This document shows, one piece after another, positions 36,834 through 45,081 of a stretch of 64,000 nt of DNA (position 1 is the first letter of the stretch; every line of letters starts with the position of its first letter). The translations under genes and the position numbers were made by a program. The DNA comes from Candidatus Dormiibacterota bacterium (lineage in GTDB: Bacteria > Vulcanimicrobiota > Vulcanimicrobiia > Vulcanimicrobiales > SCRA01), in NCBI GenBank assembly GCA_035533275.1, contig DATLUD010000034.1:28067-92066 (forward strand), read 5' to 3'. The notes below the pieces were generated by a model that worked only from the letters and a program-made list of their open reading frames with translations, made no database searches and was not told the DNA's origin.

Positions 36834-37104
36834 CGTGATGGGTATGCTCCAACGGGGACGACGCGATGTGGGCTTTCTGGGCGGCGGCGGCGGCGACATC
36901 GCCGCCCACGCCAAGCGCGTGATCTGCGTCATGGATCACGGGCGGCGGAGCGCGCCGCCGCGGAGACCGGCTTCGCCTTGGACCTGCGCGACGCGACGGA
37001 GACGCCGCCGACGTTGGGGGAGCTGCAGGCGGTCCGCCGATTCCATCCCCGGGGTTTCCGGACCGCGTAAAGTGTCGGCGCGAGTTGCCGAAAGGTAAGG
37101 CGAG

Positions 37105-38160
37105 ATGGAGTTTGACGCCAGTATCGTGCGCTGCGGAGTGCCGTTGGTGCCGCAAGAAGGCGACCCCAACGAAGTCGAGGGCGTCCTCAACCCCGCGTCG
37201 GCGCGCGATCGAGACGGCCGCTTGCTCCTCTACCCGCGCTGCGTCGCCGCCGGCAACATCTCGCGCGTCGGCATCGTGCGCGCCGAGCACGGAACGCTCG
37301 AGCGGCTCGGCTACGCGCTGGAGCCCCACGCGCCGTACGAGCTGCGTCCGCATCCGGGCTACGGCTGCGAGGACCCGCGCGTCACGTTCATCGCCGCGCT
37401 CGACCGCTACGTGATGGCCTACACCGCTTTCGGCCCCGACGGCCCGCGCATCGCCGTGGCGCTCTCGCCTGACGCCTATCACTGGGAGCGCCTGGGGCGG
37501 GTGGACTTCTCCGCCTGCCGCCCTGACGACGGCGACGACAAGGATGCCGCCTTCTTCCCCGCTCCCGTGCTCTCGCCGGACGGCGTGCTCTCGCTGGCAA
37601 TGTATCACCGGCCGATGCAGCATCTCTCCGCGGTCGACGGCCGCGACGCCATCCCCATGCTCCTAGCCCGCGAGCCGCAGGAGCGCGAGTCGATCTCCAT
37701 CGGATACGTTCCGCTGGACGCCGTCTTGGCGGACCACGCCGCGCTGCTGACGATGCGCGAGAGCGCGCAGGTGATGAGCCCCAACGGCGCGTGGGGCAAG
37801 GTGAAGCTCGGCGCGGGCACGCCCCCCGTGCGCGTGGCGGAGGGCTGGCTGAGCCTCTATCACGGCGTCGACGCCACGGCGACCGATGCCGGCTACGACC
37901 TGCGCTATGCGGCGGGCGTGGTGATCCACGACGCCGAGCGCCCGGACCGCATCCTCTACCGATCGCCCGCGCCGATCATGGTCCCCGAGACCGCCCTGGA
38001 GCGCAGCGGCATCGTGGCCAACGTCGTCTTCCCGACGGCGATCGATCTGCGGAGCGATCTCGGCGAGCGCATCTTCGACGTCTACTACGGCATGGCGGAC
38101 GCGCGCGTGGGGCACGCCCGCATGACGCTCGGCCAAGAGGCTGTCGCTTCCGCCGCCTAG
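37105..38160 (+). CDS. GH130-family glycoside phosphorylase/hydrolase (beta-mannoside-acting family)
   Basis: Has GVLNPA, GCEDPRVTF, DKDAAFFP and WLSLYHGV, a pattern typical of GH130 five-bladed propellers. Confidence 0.75.
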   Translation: MEFDASIVRCGVPLVPQEGDPNEVEGVLNPASARDRDGRLLLYPRCVAAGNISRVGIVRAEHGTLERLGYALEPHAPYELRPHPGYGCEDPRVTFIAALDRYVMAYTAFGPDGPRIAVALSPDAYHWERLGRVDFSACRPDDGDDKDAAFFPAPVLSPDGVLSLAMYHRPMQHLSAVDGRDAIPMLLAREPQERESISIGYVPLDAVLADHAALLTMRESAQVMSPNGAWGKVKLGAGTPPVRVAEGWLSLYHGVDATATDAGYDLRYAAGVVIHDAERPDRILYRSPAPIMVPETALERSGIVANVVFPTAIDLRSDLGERIFDVYYGMADARVGHARMTLGQEAVASAA

Positions 38161-38175
38161 AACACCGGCGTCACC

Positions 38176-38631
38176 GTGGAACAGGTTCGAACCTTCATCG
38201 CCCGCACCGCTGATGGCTGGCTGGATGTCGAGCCTCGCGAGTACAAGCGCGAGGGCGACTTCGACGGCGTCACGCGCCACACCATCGTCACCGGTGCCAC
38301 CATGCAAGTGCGTCACTTCGAGGTTGCGCCCGGCGGATACACGAGCCTCGAGCGTCACGAGCACGAGCACTACGTGGTCATCTCGCGCGGAAAGGGCACC
38401 GTCATCGTCGGCTCGGAGGCCTTCGCGGCCCGGACGGGAGACGTGATCTATGTGCCGGCCAACGCGGCGCACCAATTCCTCGCCGACGAGCAAGCCGAGG
38501 AGCCGTTAGGCTTCTACTGCATCGTCGCCGCCGAGCGCGACAAGCCGCGCCTGCTGGAAGGCGACGAGCTGCGGGCCTTCGAGGGGACCCCCGCGGCGGC
38601 CGTGGCGCGCTACCGTCTCCCCATCGCGTAG
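38176..38631 (+). CDS. cupin-domain protein
   Basis: GTG start. Cupin motifs are LERHEHEHYVVISRGKG and GDVIYVPANAAHQF. Confidence 0.75.
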   Translation: MEQVRTFIARTADGWLDVEPREYKREGDFDGVTRHTIVTGATMQVRHFEVAPGGYTSLERHEHEHYVVISRGKGTVIVGSEAFAARTGDVIYVPANAAHQFLADEQAEEPLGFYCIVAAERDKPRLLEGDELRAFEGTPAAAVARYRLPIA

Positions 38632-38663
38632 GCGGGGTCTCGCTCCCGCAGGCCTCGCCGCCG

Positions 38664-39158
38664 CTACGGCAGGGTCGTGGCGGCCATGAGCGCCCCGTCG
38701 GGCGTCACCGCTTGGACCTGCGCCCCGGAGCGGTAGACCAGATTCGGGATGATCCAGACCGTGTAGGTCCGGTTCGGGCGCGCGACGCCGGGTCTGGGTG
38801 GAGCCTCCTCGAAGGCCACCACCCGCACGCGCGTATCGTTGGCCTTGATCGAAGCGATCACCTGATGATAGCCCTCGTGGCGGTGCGGTCCCATGAGCAA
38901 GGCGACCGCGAAGACGTGGCGGTAGTCGATCCCCTTCAGGTCGATGCCGAGCGCCGCCATGGCCCTGCGGTCGCGCACCACGGCGATCTCCGGCCCCGAG
39001 GCCGGTACGAACGAATACCCTTGCGCGTAGGTCCGCACGCGGATGTCGCGGCACCCGGCCAGGCTCAAGGCAAGCGCCACGCCCGCCAAGAGCGCCGGCA
39101 GCCGCCCCAGCCATGCCCGCGTCGCGCCCCCGCGCATACCCCTTTTCATCGCGCCCAA
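38664..39158 (-). CDS. lipoprotein with PrcB-C-like domain
   Basis: Lipobox LSLAGC after a signal peptide. Has GPHRHEGYHQVIASIKANDTRVRVVAFEEAPP...TYTVWIIP, which resembles the PrcB C-terminal domain pattern. Confidence 0.6.
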   Translation of the reverse strand: MGAMKRGMRGGATRAWLGRLPALLAGVALALSLAGCRDIRVRTYAQGYSFVPASGPEIAVVRDRRAMAALGIDLKGIDYRHVFAVALLMGPHRHEGYHQVIASIKANDTRVRVVAFEEAPPRPGVARPNRTYTVWIIPNLVYRSGAQVQAVTPDGALMAATTLP

Positions 39159-39293
39159 GGTTCGTCGCCGGGGGGACGCCGCCTGTTACCATGGTCGTTG
39201 CCCCGCTCGAAAAGCCGTCATAGACTTGCGGGGAAGGGCTGGCTCCCGGCGAACCCTAATTCCGTTTTGCCCACGTCCTCGGCTTAGGAGTCC

Positions 39294-40256
39294 ATGGATA
39301 CACACTACGACGCCCGCGTCGCCGCGGGCGGTTCCGCGAGCACCGATCCGGCGGCTCGGCGGATCGCCATCTACCGTTGGCTTACGCTCACGCTCGCCGT
39401 AGCCGTCTACCTGCTCGCCATTCTCGGGAGCTGGGTGCGCGTCAACGGCGCCGGCATGACCTGTCCCGATTGGCCGACGTGCCGCGGTGTCTGGCTCCCG
39501 AACCTCCATGGACCCGTGTTCCTCGAGTGGTTCCACCGTCTCATCGCTGGGCCGATCGTCGGCACGCTGACGCTGGTGGTGGCCTTCCTCGCATGGCGCA
39601 ACCGCCGCGAGCTCCCCAAAGCGTGGATGGCCTTCTGGGCCGTCGTCTTCTTCTTGATCCTGCAGATCGCGCTTGGCGGCGTGACGATCTTCGCCAGCAA
39701 CGATCCGCCGTCGGTCACGGCGCACTGGACCTGCGGCATGCTGCTGTTCGGATCGCTCATCGCGCTGGCCATTTTGGCGTGGGGCCCCACGGCCGCGGAG
39801 CAGCCGTCGCAAGCGGGCAGCTCCGCAACTCCCTGGCTCTGGCTGGCCGCGATTGCCGCGCTGCTCACCACCGGGATGGGCGCCTACGTCAGCTCCAGCG
39901 GCTTCGGTCTCACCTGCGCCGGTTTCCCGTCATGCGATGGCCACTGGTTCGGTTTGCCGTGGCCCCAGGGCGCACAGATGACGCACCGCGCGCTGGCCTA
40001 CGCCGTCTTCTTCTTCGCCGTCGCCGCCGTGGTCGCGACGCATCGCACCCAGCGGCGCGACCTGCGCGCCATTTCGCTCGCCGCTCTCGCGCTGGTAGCG
40101 CTCCAGATCCTCCTGGGCGTGGCCAACGTGATCGGACAGCTGCCGATGCCCCTGCGCGAGTCCCATGCCGCCAATGCGGCCTTGCTCTACGCCACCTACG
40201 TCGTGCTGCTCGTGCGCTCGGCGTTCTTGCCGCAGGCCGGGGCACGGCGCGCATGA
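39294..40256 (+). CDS. ctaA: heme A synthase (COX15/CtaA)
   Basis: RBS is taGGAGtcc. Has CPDWPTCRG, conserved His residues in TM helices, and a second Cys pair CAGFPSC. 320 aa. Confidence 0.85.
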   Translation: MDTHYDARVAAGGSASTDPAARRIAIYRWLTLTLAVAVYLLAILGSWVRVNGAGMTCPDWPTCRGVWLPNLHGPVFLEWFHRLIAGPIVGTLTLVVAFLAWRNRRELPKAWMAFWAVVFFLILQIALGGVTIFASNDPPSVTAHWTCGMLLFGSLIALAILAWGPTAAEQPSQAGSSATPWLWLAAIAALLTTGMGAYVSSSGFGLTCAGFPSCDGHWFGLPWPQGAQMTHRALAYAVFFFAVAAVVATHRTQRRDLRAISLAALALVALQILLGVANVIGQLPMPLRESHAANAALLYATYVVLLVRSAFLPQAGARRA

Positions 40257-41158
40257 TCCCAGCCAGCGGTACCGCGGTCAGCCGCCCAAGCTGGCTCGAC
40301 CCCGCCGTCTACGCCGCCTACTTCGAGCTCGCGAAGCCGCGGATCATCGTGCTGCTGCTGATCACGACGCTGGCGGCGATGATCATGGCCGCGCGCGGCC
40401 TTCCGCCGCTGGACCTGCTCTTCTGGACGCTTGTGGGGGGCGCGCTCTCCTCGGCCAGCTCCGGCGCCTTCAACTGTTGGTACGACCGCGACATCGACCC
40501 GCTGATGCGGCGCACCGCCTCGCGCCCGCTGCCCACCGGACGCCTCCAGCCGTGGCACGCGCTCGCGTACGCGACGGTGACGGCCATGCTGGCATACGCG
40601 GTTCTCGGGCTCTTCGTCAACCCGTTGGCGATGGGTCTGGCGATGTTCGGCCAGTTCTACTACTGCGTGATCTACACCATCTGGCTCAAGCGCTCGACGC
40701 CGATGAACATCGTCATCGGCGGCGGCGCCGGAGCCGTGCCGCCGCTGGTAGGCTGGGCGGCGGTCACGCACCAGATCGGTGCCCCCGCGCTCGGTCTCTT
40801 CGCGGTGATCTTCCTTTGGACGCCGCCGCACTTCTGGGCGCTGGCGCTGAACATCGAGACGGAGTTCGAAAAAGCCGGCATCCCGATGCTCCCCAACGTG
40901 GCGGGCGAGCGCTATACGCGCATCCAGATCTTCGGCTACACGGTGGCTCTGGTCGCGGCGACGCTGCTCTTCTACCCCATGCACATCCTGGGTGCGGTCT
41001 TCTTTGGAGCGGCTGCGCTGCTGGGCGCCTACTTCCTGCTGCTGGCGATCCGCATTCTCCGCCGGCCGATGCGCGCATCATACCAGCGCATGTTCCGTTA
41101 CTCACTGATCTACCTCGCGCTCATCTGCGTGGCGATGGTTGTAGATCGGGTCGTGTGA
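40253..41158 (+). CDS. ctaB: protoheme IX farnesyltransferase (heme O synthase)
   Basis: ATGA overlap with ctaA. Has FNCWYDRDIDPLMRRTASRPLPTGR (UbiA-type motif). 301 aa. Confidence 0.9.
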   Translation: MIPASGTAVSRPSWLDPAVYAAYFELAKPRIIVLLLITTLAAMIMAARGLPPLDLLFWTLVGGALSSASSGAFNCWYDRDIDPLMRRTASRPLPTGRLQPWHALAYATVTAMLAYAVLGLFVNPLAMGLAMFGQFYYCVIYTIWLKRSTPMNIVIGGGAGAVPPLVGWAAVTHQIGAPALGLFAVIFLWTPPHFWALALNIETEFEKAGIPMLPNVAGERYTRIQIFGYTVALVAATLLFYPMHILGAVFFGAAALLGAYFLLLAIRILRRPMRASYQRMFRYSLIYLALICVAMVVDRVV

Positions 41159-41174
41159 GGTTCAGGTGAGATCC

Positions 41175-42560
41175 ATGGGTTCGAAGACGGAAGAACGGCC
41201 GCTTCTCGGGCACGGCGGCGTGCGCGAGATCGCGCCGTTGCTCGTGACGCTGATGCTGGGCGTCTTCATGGGAGCCCTGGACCTCTCCGCGCTCTCGCCC
41301 GCGCTGCACCAGATCGGCACGCAGTTCTCAGCCGGCCCGCGCGCGCTCTCGTGGATCTTCACGGCATACCTGCTTGCCTACGTCGTGGCGATCCCGGTGA
41401 TGTCGAAGCTCTCCGACGTCTATGGCCGCCGCGCGATCTACATCTTCGACGTCTCGCTCTTCGCCGTCGGCTCGTTGATCGCCATCGCGGCTCCGAGCTA
41501 CCAGATCCTGATTCTCGGCCGCGTGGTCCAGGCCGTGGGCGCCGGCGGCATCTTTCCGGTGGCGACGGCGACGGTGGCCGATCGCGTTCCCGAGGAGCGC
41601 CGCGGCGGCGCGCTGGGCATGCTGGGAGCCGTCTGGGGCCTGGCCGGCGTAGTGGGCCCGGCGCTGGGCGGCGCGATCGTACACGTGCTCGACTGGCGCT
41701 GGGTTTTCGCGATCAATCTGCCCTTGGCGGCCGTGGTGATCGCGCTGACCGCGCGCAACGTGCACCGGGGCGGCGCACCGCGCCGCGGCCCGCTGGATTT
41801 TGCCGGCATCGTCTTGCTGGGAGCCGCGCTCTTGGCCGGCACGGCGGGACTGACCCGCGTCGACGCGGCCAACCTATGGTCGGCGGCCAACGTGCCCTCG
41901 CTCTGGGAGCTGGTGATCGCGGCGGTGCTCCTGCTGGCCTTTGCCGCCGTCGAGCGGCAGGCGGCCGATCCCGTCGTGCCGCCGGTCCTGCTGCGCATTC
42001 CCACGCTGCGCCTGGCCAACGTCTTGGAGATCGGCATCGGCGTGCTCGAGGGCTCGCTCTTCTTCGTGCCCGCGGCGCTGATGGCCGCTGAAGGTCTCAA
42101 CGCCGTCGCCGCCGGCGCGCTCGCCGCTCTCGCGGCGTTCTGCTTCGTCGCCGTGGTACCGATGGCGGGACGCGCGTTGGACAAGGTGGGGGCGCGTGCC
42201 GTCCTCTTCGTGGGTAGCCTCTTGGTGACCATAGGCATGGCCGCCTTCGCCGCGTCGCTGGCCAACCTCGGACTCGCGATCGTTTCGCTGGTGGTGGCCG
42301 GGCTCGGCTTCGGGGCGCTCCTGGGCGCTCCCACGCGCTACCTGGTGACCAGCGCCGCGCCGCGAGAGATGCGCGCCACCGCGGTGGGCCTGCTCTCGGT
42401 CTTCCTGATCTTCGGGCAGATCGCCGGGGGCTCTCTGGCCGGCGCGATGGTCGGGCACCAGCTCACCGGCGTAGCCGGCTACGTGCACGCCTACGTGCTC
42501 TTCGCGGTCGTGGCGGCGCTGGTAACGCTCCTGACGTTGCGCATCCCGCGCAAGGCCTAG
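41175..42560 (+). CDS. MFS transporter (14-TM DHA2-like)
   Basis: ATG at 41175 is preceded by AGGTGA (GTG at 41166 is an alternative). Has the MFS motif SKLSDVYGRRAIY. Hydrophobic throughout. Confidence 0.85.
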   Translation: MGSKTEERPLLGHGGVREIAPLLVTLMLGVFMGALDLSALSPALHQIGTQFSAGPRALSWIFTAYLLAYVVAIPVMSKLSDVYGRRAIYIFDVSLFAVGSLIAIAAPSYQILILGRVVQAVGAGGIFPVATATVADRVPEERRGGALGMLGAVWGLAGVVGPALGGAIVHVLDWRWVFAINLPLAAVVIALTARNVHRGGAPRRGPLDFAGIVLLGAALLAGTAGLTRVDAANLWSAANVPSLWELVIAAVLLLAFAAVERQAADPVVPPVLLRIPTLRLANVLEIGIGVLEGSLFFVPAALMAAEGLNAVAAGALAALAAFCFVAVVPMAGRALDKVGARAVLFVGSLLVTIGMAAFAASLANLGLAIVSLVVAGLGFGALLGAPTRYLVTSAAPREMRATAVGLLSVFLIFGQIAGGSLAGAMVGHQLTGVAGYVHAYVLFAVVAALVTLLTLRIPRKA

Positions 42561-42659
42561 CCGCGTACAACGTCGGCAATGCGGAGCAGCTGCCGGACCT
42601 GCGCGCCTAACGCGGCGCTGTCACGCCGATGCCCCCCTCGCCCGCCGATGCGTACGAGC

Positions 42660-42812
42660 CGTCGCGGCACCCACTTCTCCGATCGCGAGCTCGTGGATCT
42701 CACGCTCGCCATCGGGATGATCAACCTCTGGAACCGCTTCGGAGTCGGCTTCCGCCGCCAGCCCGATCCCAGCTATCGCACCACGTCACGCGCAACGACG
42801 CAGACGGCGTAG
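42660..42812 (+). pseudogene. C-terminal remnant of a carboxymuconolactone decarboxylase / AhpD-like gene
   Basis: Reads HFSDRELVDLTLAIGMINLWNRFGVGF, matching the terminal helix pair of the AhpD-like family (ELVELTxAIxxINxWNR). The upstream 30 codons of the 77-aa ORF are Arg/Pro/Cys junk. The remainder of the roughly 150-180 aa domain is missing. Confidence 0.45.
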
Positions 42813-42837
42813 GCGCGCTGGGCGGGGACGTCTCCGT

Positions 42838-42952
42838 GAGGGGCGCTCCGACATCGGCCCGGAGCCGTGGACGGCGAGAGGGCCGATGCGGCGCGAGCAG
42901 GAGCGGCACATGGACGTGCCGCGACGAGCGGCCCCGAAAGGGGACATCCCCG
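42838..42952 (+). repeat. structured intergenic repeat, copy B
   Basis: Same conserved blocks as copy A. Apical stem is GCCG-tgga-CGGC (42864-42875). Hairpin 2 is CGGCAC-atggac-GTGCCG (42904-42921). Terminal hairpin is GGGG-acat-CCCC (42940-42951). Confidence 0.55.
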
Positions 42953-42964
42953 TCCAGCGCGGCG

Positions 42965-43975
42965 TCAGGCGTTTTCGATGAAGATCTTCCGCGCCGTCCA
43001 GTAGAACAGATAGCCGAAGAAGCCGATGGCCACCGTGAGCCAGAGCAAGCTCATCACGCCGCTGGCCACCTGCTCGCTGCCGCCGCAGAGCGCGATGATC
43101 CCCGACATCAGCCAGAGGTTGAAGCGGCGCAACGGCGACGAGGAGAGTCCCGCCAGATTCCGAGCCGCGGCGAGCACGTCCTTGGGTGACCACGCATCCG
43201 TCTGGATCACCTGGGCGATGCGGCCGTCGGGCGCCACCAGCACCGTCACGTCGTTGTGAATGAAGTCGCCCGGACGGTCCTCGACGACCGAGAGGTTGAA
43301 GTCGTCGCCGACCGTCTTCACGGTCGAAGGCTCACCGGTAAGGAGCGACCAGCGGGAGGGATCGGCGTCGTATTTCTTGGCATACGCCGCGAGGACCGCG
43401 GGCGTGTCGTAGGTCGGGTCGATCGTGATCTCGATCAGATGGAACGGCCCGTTTCCGAATTGTCCCTGCAAGTAGTGGTACTTCGCGCTCACGGCAGGGC
43501 ACTCGTCGGCATCCTTGCAGCGCGTGTAGACGAAGCTTAGCACCAGCGTCTTGCCGAGGAAATCCTTGAAGTGCACCAGGCGGCCACGCTGGTCGACCAG
43601 CGGCACGTCCGGGAGCAAGTCGCCGACGCCGAGGATGCGCGAGACCTTCGTATTGGCCGACCCCGCGACGAAGGCGTCCGCGGGATGCACGTGACGCAAC
43701 GACCACGGCGTGGTCGACATGTCGAGGAAGGCGTCGATCGACTCTCCGGCGTGCAGCTTGGGCGGGTCGATCAGCCGGTACTCGATCGACTGGGCATTGA
43801 GCGTGCCGGCAACGGGATCGTTCCGCACGATCGCATCGCCGTTCGGCATGACCGCCAGCACCACGCCGTGGATCGGCACCAGCGGCACGGAACTCGTCGC
43901 CGACGCCGGCGCGGCCCAACAGAGGGCCGCGATCGACACGGCAAGCAGACCAAGGAAGCGGAGCCGGAACAGCAT
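42965..43975 (-). CDS. SCO1/SenC-family copper chaperone with N-terminal extra domain and C-terminal TM anchor
   Basis: Start at MLFRLRFLGLL (signal peptide). Thioredoxin-like core with LVLSFVYTRCKDADECP and FIHNDVTVLVAPDG. The hydrophobic C-terminal tail is LMSGIIALCGG...LLWLTVAIGFFGYLFYW. Confidence 0.75.
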   Translation of the reverse strand: MLFRLRFLGLLAVSIAALCWAAPASATSSVPLVPIHGVVLAVMPNGDAIVRNDPVAGTLNAQSIEYRLIDPPKLHAGESIDAFLDMSTTPWSLRHVHPADAFVAGSANTKVSRILGVGDLLPDVPLVDQRGRLVHFKDFLGKTLVLSFVYTRCKDADECPAVSAKYHYLQGQFGNGPFHLIEITIDPTYDTPAVLAAYAKKYDADPSRWSLLTGEPSTVKTVGDDFNLSVVEDRPGDFIHNDVTVLVAPDGRIAQVIQTDAWSPKDVLAAARNLAGLSSSPLRRFNLWLMSGIIALCGGSEQVASGVMSLLWLTVAIGFFGYLFYWTARKIFIENA

Positions 43976-44138
43976 GATGATCACCTGCTTTTCGCCGCGA
44001 GGAGCGGCCTCCTGCGCGCTCGAACCCTCTCGACCCGTGCTACAACCCCGCTTGAGTTCCCGCGAGCTGCAGCAGCGACTCCCGCACCGCAACTGGCGGA
44101 GCGACGAGCGCCGCGTCGTCGTTCAGGGCGCGCTCGGC

Positions 44139-44603
44139 ATGGCGACCATCGCCGTCGAGTCGTTCGTCCTGGCGGTCGGCTTCGGCGTTCTCACCGTGCT
44201 CCAGTTCCGCCACGAGCCGATCTGGGCGCCGCTCATCCTGCTGATGGCACTCTCCTTCGCCGCGTACACGGTCGGCCTGCTCATCAAGCCGATCTCGGCC
44301 GTGCTCGCCACGCGCCGTCCGATCTTCAAGGTCGACGGCTACCTGCGGCTGCGCGGACGGGACGCGAAGAACGCACCCGGCGAGAGCGGATATCTCGCGG
44401 TGCTCACCGAGGGGGGAGATCTCGCGGGCGAGTGGCCGCTGCGCGGCGAGCATCCGCAGGCCTACGACATCGGCCCGGCGATGATCGAGTTCAGCGAGTA
44501 CGGCGGCGTCCATACGATCGACGGAACGTCCACCGGAGCACTTCCGCTGGACTTCCCCGCGCTAGGCGTGGGGCTCAATCCGCGGAAGCGCCGGATCGGC
44601 TGA
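44139..44603 (+). CDS. hypothetical membrane protein
   Basis: 154 aa with two N-terminal TM segments followed by a soluble domain. An in-frame TTG at 44052 is an alternative start. Confidence 0.5.
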   Translation: MATIAVESFVLAVGFGVLTVLQFRHEPIWAPLILLMALSFAAYTVGLLIKPISAVLATRRPIFKVDGYLRLRGRDAKNAPGESGYLAVLTEGGDLAGEWPLRGEHPQAYDIGPAMIEFSEYGGVHTIDGTSTGALPLDFPALGVGLNPRKRRIG

Positions 44604-44615
44604 GAGCGCGGCCTT

Positions 44616-44642
44616 TAGCAGGGTGCGGAAGAACCCCTGCTA
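44616..44642. terminator. hairpin between convergent genes: TAGCAGGG-tgcggaagaac-CCCTGCTA
   Basis: Perfect 8-bp stem. The 3' arm contains the stop codon of the minus-strand gene ending at 44640. No U-tract. Confidence 0.35.
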
Positions 44643-44831
44643 GGAGCCGAGCGGAATCGTGAGCGTGTCCTGTGCGGGCCAGATGAGGTTGGTGCTCGAG
44701 TCGAACGCGACGATGCCTCCAACCGCGAAGATCACGATCGCCCCAATCAGTACGAACAGTAAGACGACGGAAGGGACGCCGGCGGACTCGCGCATGCCAT
44801 GATCGCCCAGGTGATGCGTATCGATTGCCAC
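44640..44831 (-). CDS. small membrane protein in cta operon
   Basis: 63 aa with one TM segment (VVLLFVLIGAIVIFAVGGIVAF). GC3 about 80%. Last gene of the ctaCDE strand run. Confidence 0.45.
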   Translation of the reverse strand: MAIDTHHLGDHGMRESAGVPSVVLLFVLIGAIVIFAVGGIVAFDSSTNLIWPAQDTLTIPLGS

Positions 44832-44847
44832 GATGTCGGACTCCTAC

Positions 44848-45060
44848 CTAGCGAGTGCTGAGGGGCGTCTGCCCCAGGATGCGCAGGCCGACCAGCAGCG
44901 CCTCGGCGCATCCGATCACCAGGAGCGTCAACATGACCTTGGTGACGGTGACGTCGGCGCCCTTGAGGCCCCACTCCTTGCGGAGGAAGCGCAGGGCGAA
45001 GAAGCCGACGATGATGGCTCCCACCGCCCCGATCGCATCAGCGACATATGCCGTTTGCAT
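44848..45060 (-). CDS. small two-TM membrane protein, candidate oxidase subunit IV
   Basis: 70 aa with GC3 about 89%. Directly follows ctaE after a 21-nt gap. Confidence 0.5.
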   Translation of the reverse strand: MQTAYVADAIGAVGAIIVGFFALRFLRKEWGLKGADVTVTKVMLTLLVIGCAEALLVGLRILGQTPLSTR

Positions 45061-45081
45061 GGTCTCTCTTGCCTCGTACGC

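Noticed and set aside
38176-38200. GGTTCGAACC resembling a tRNA T-loop
   Set aside because: It lies inside the cupin CDS start. No flanking acceptor, D or anticodon stems can be drawn.
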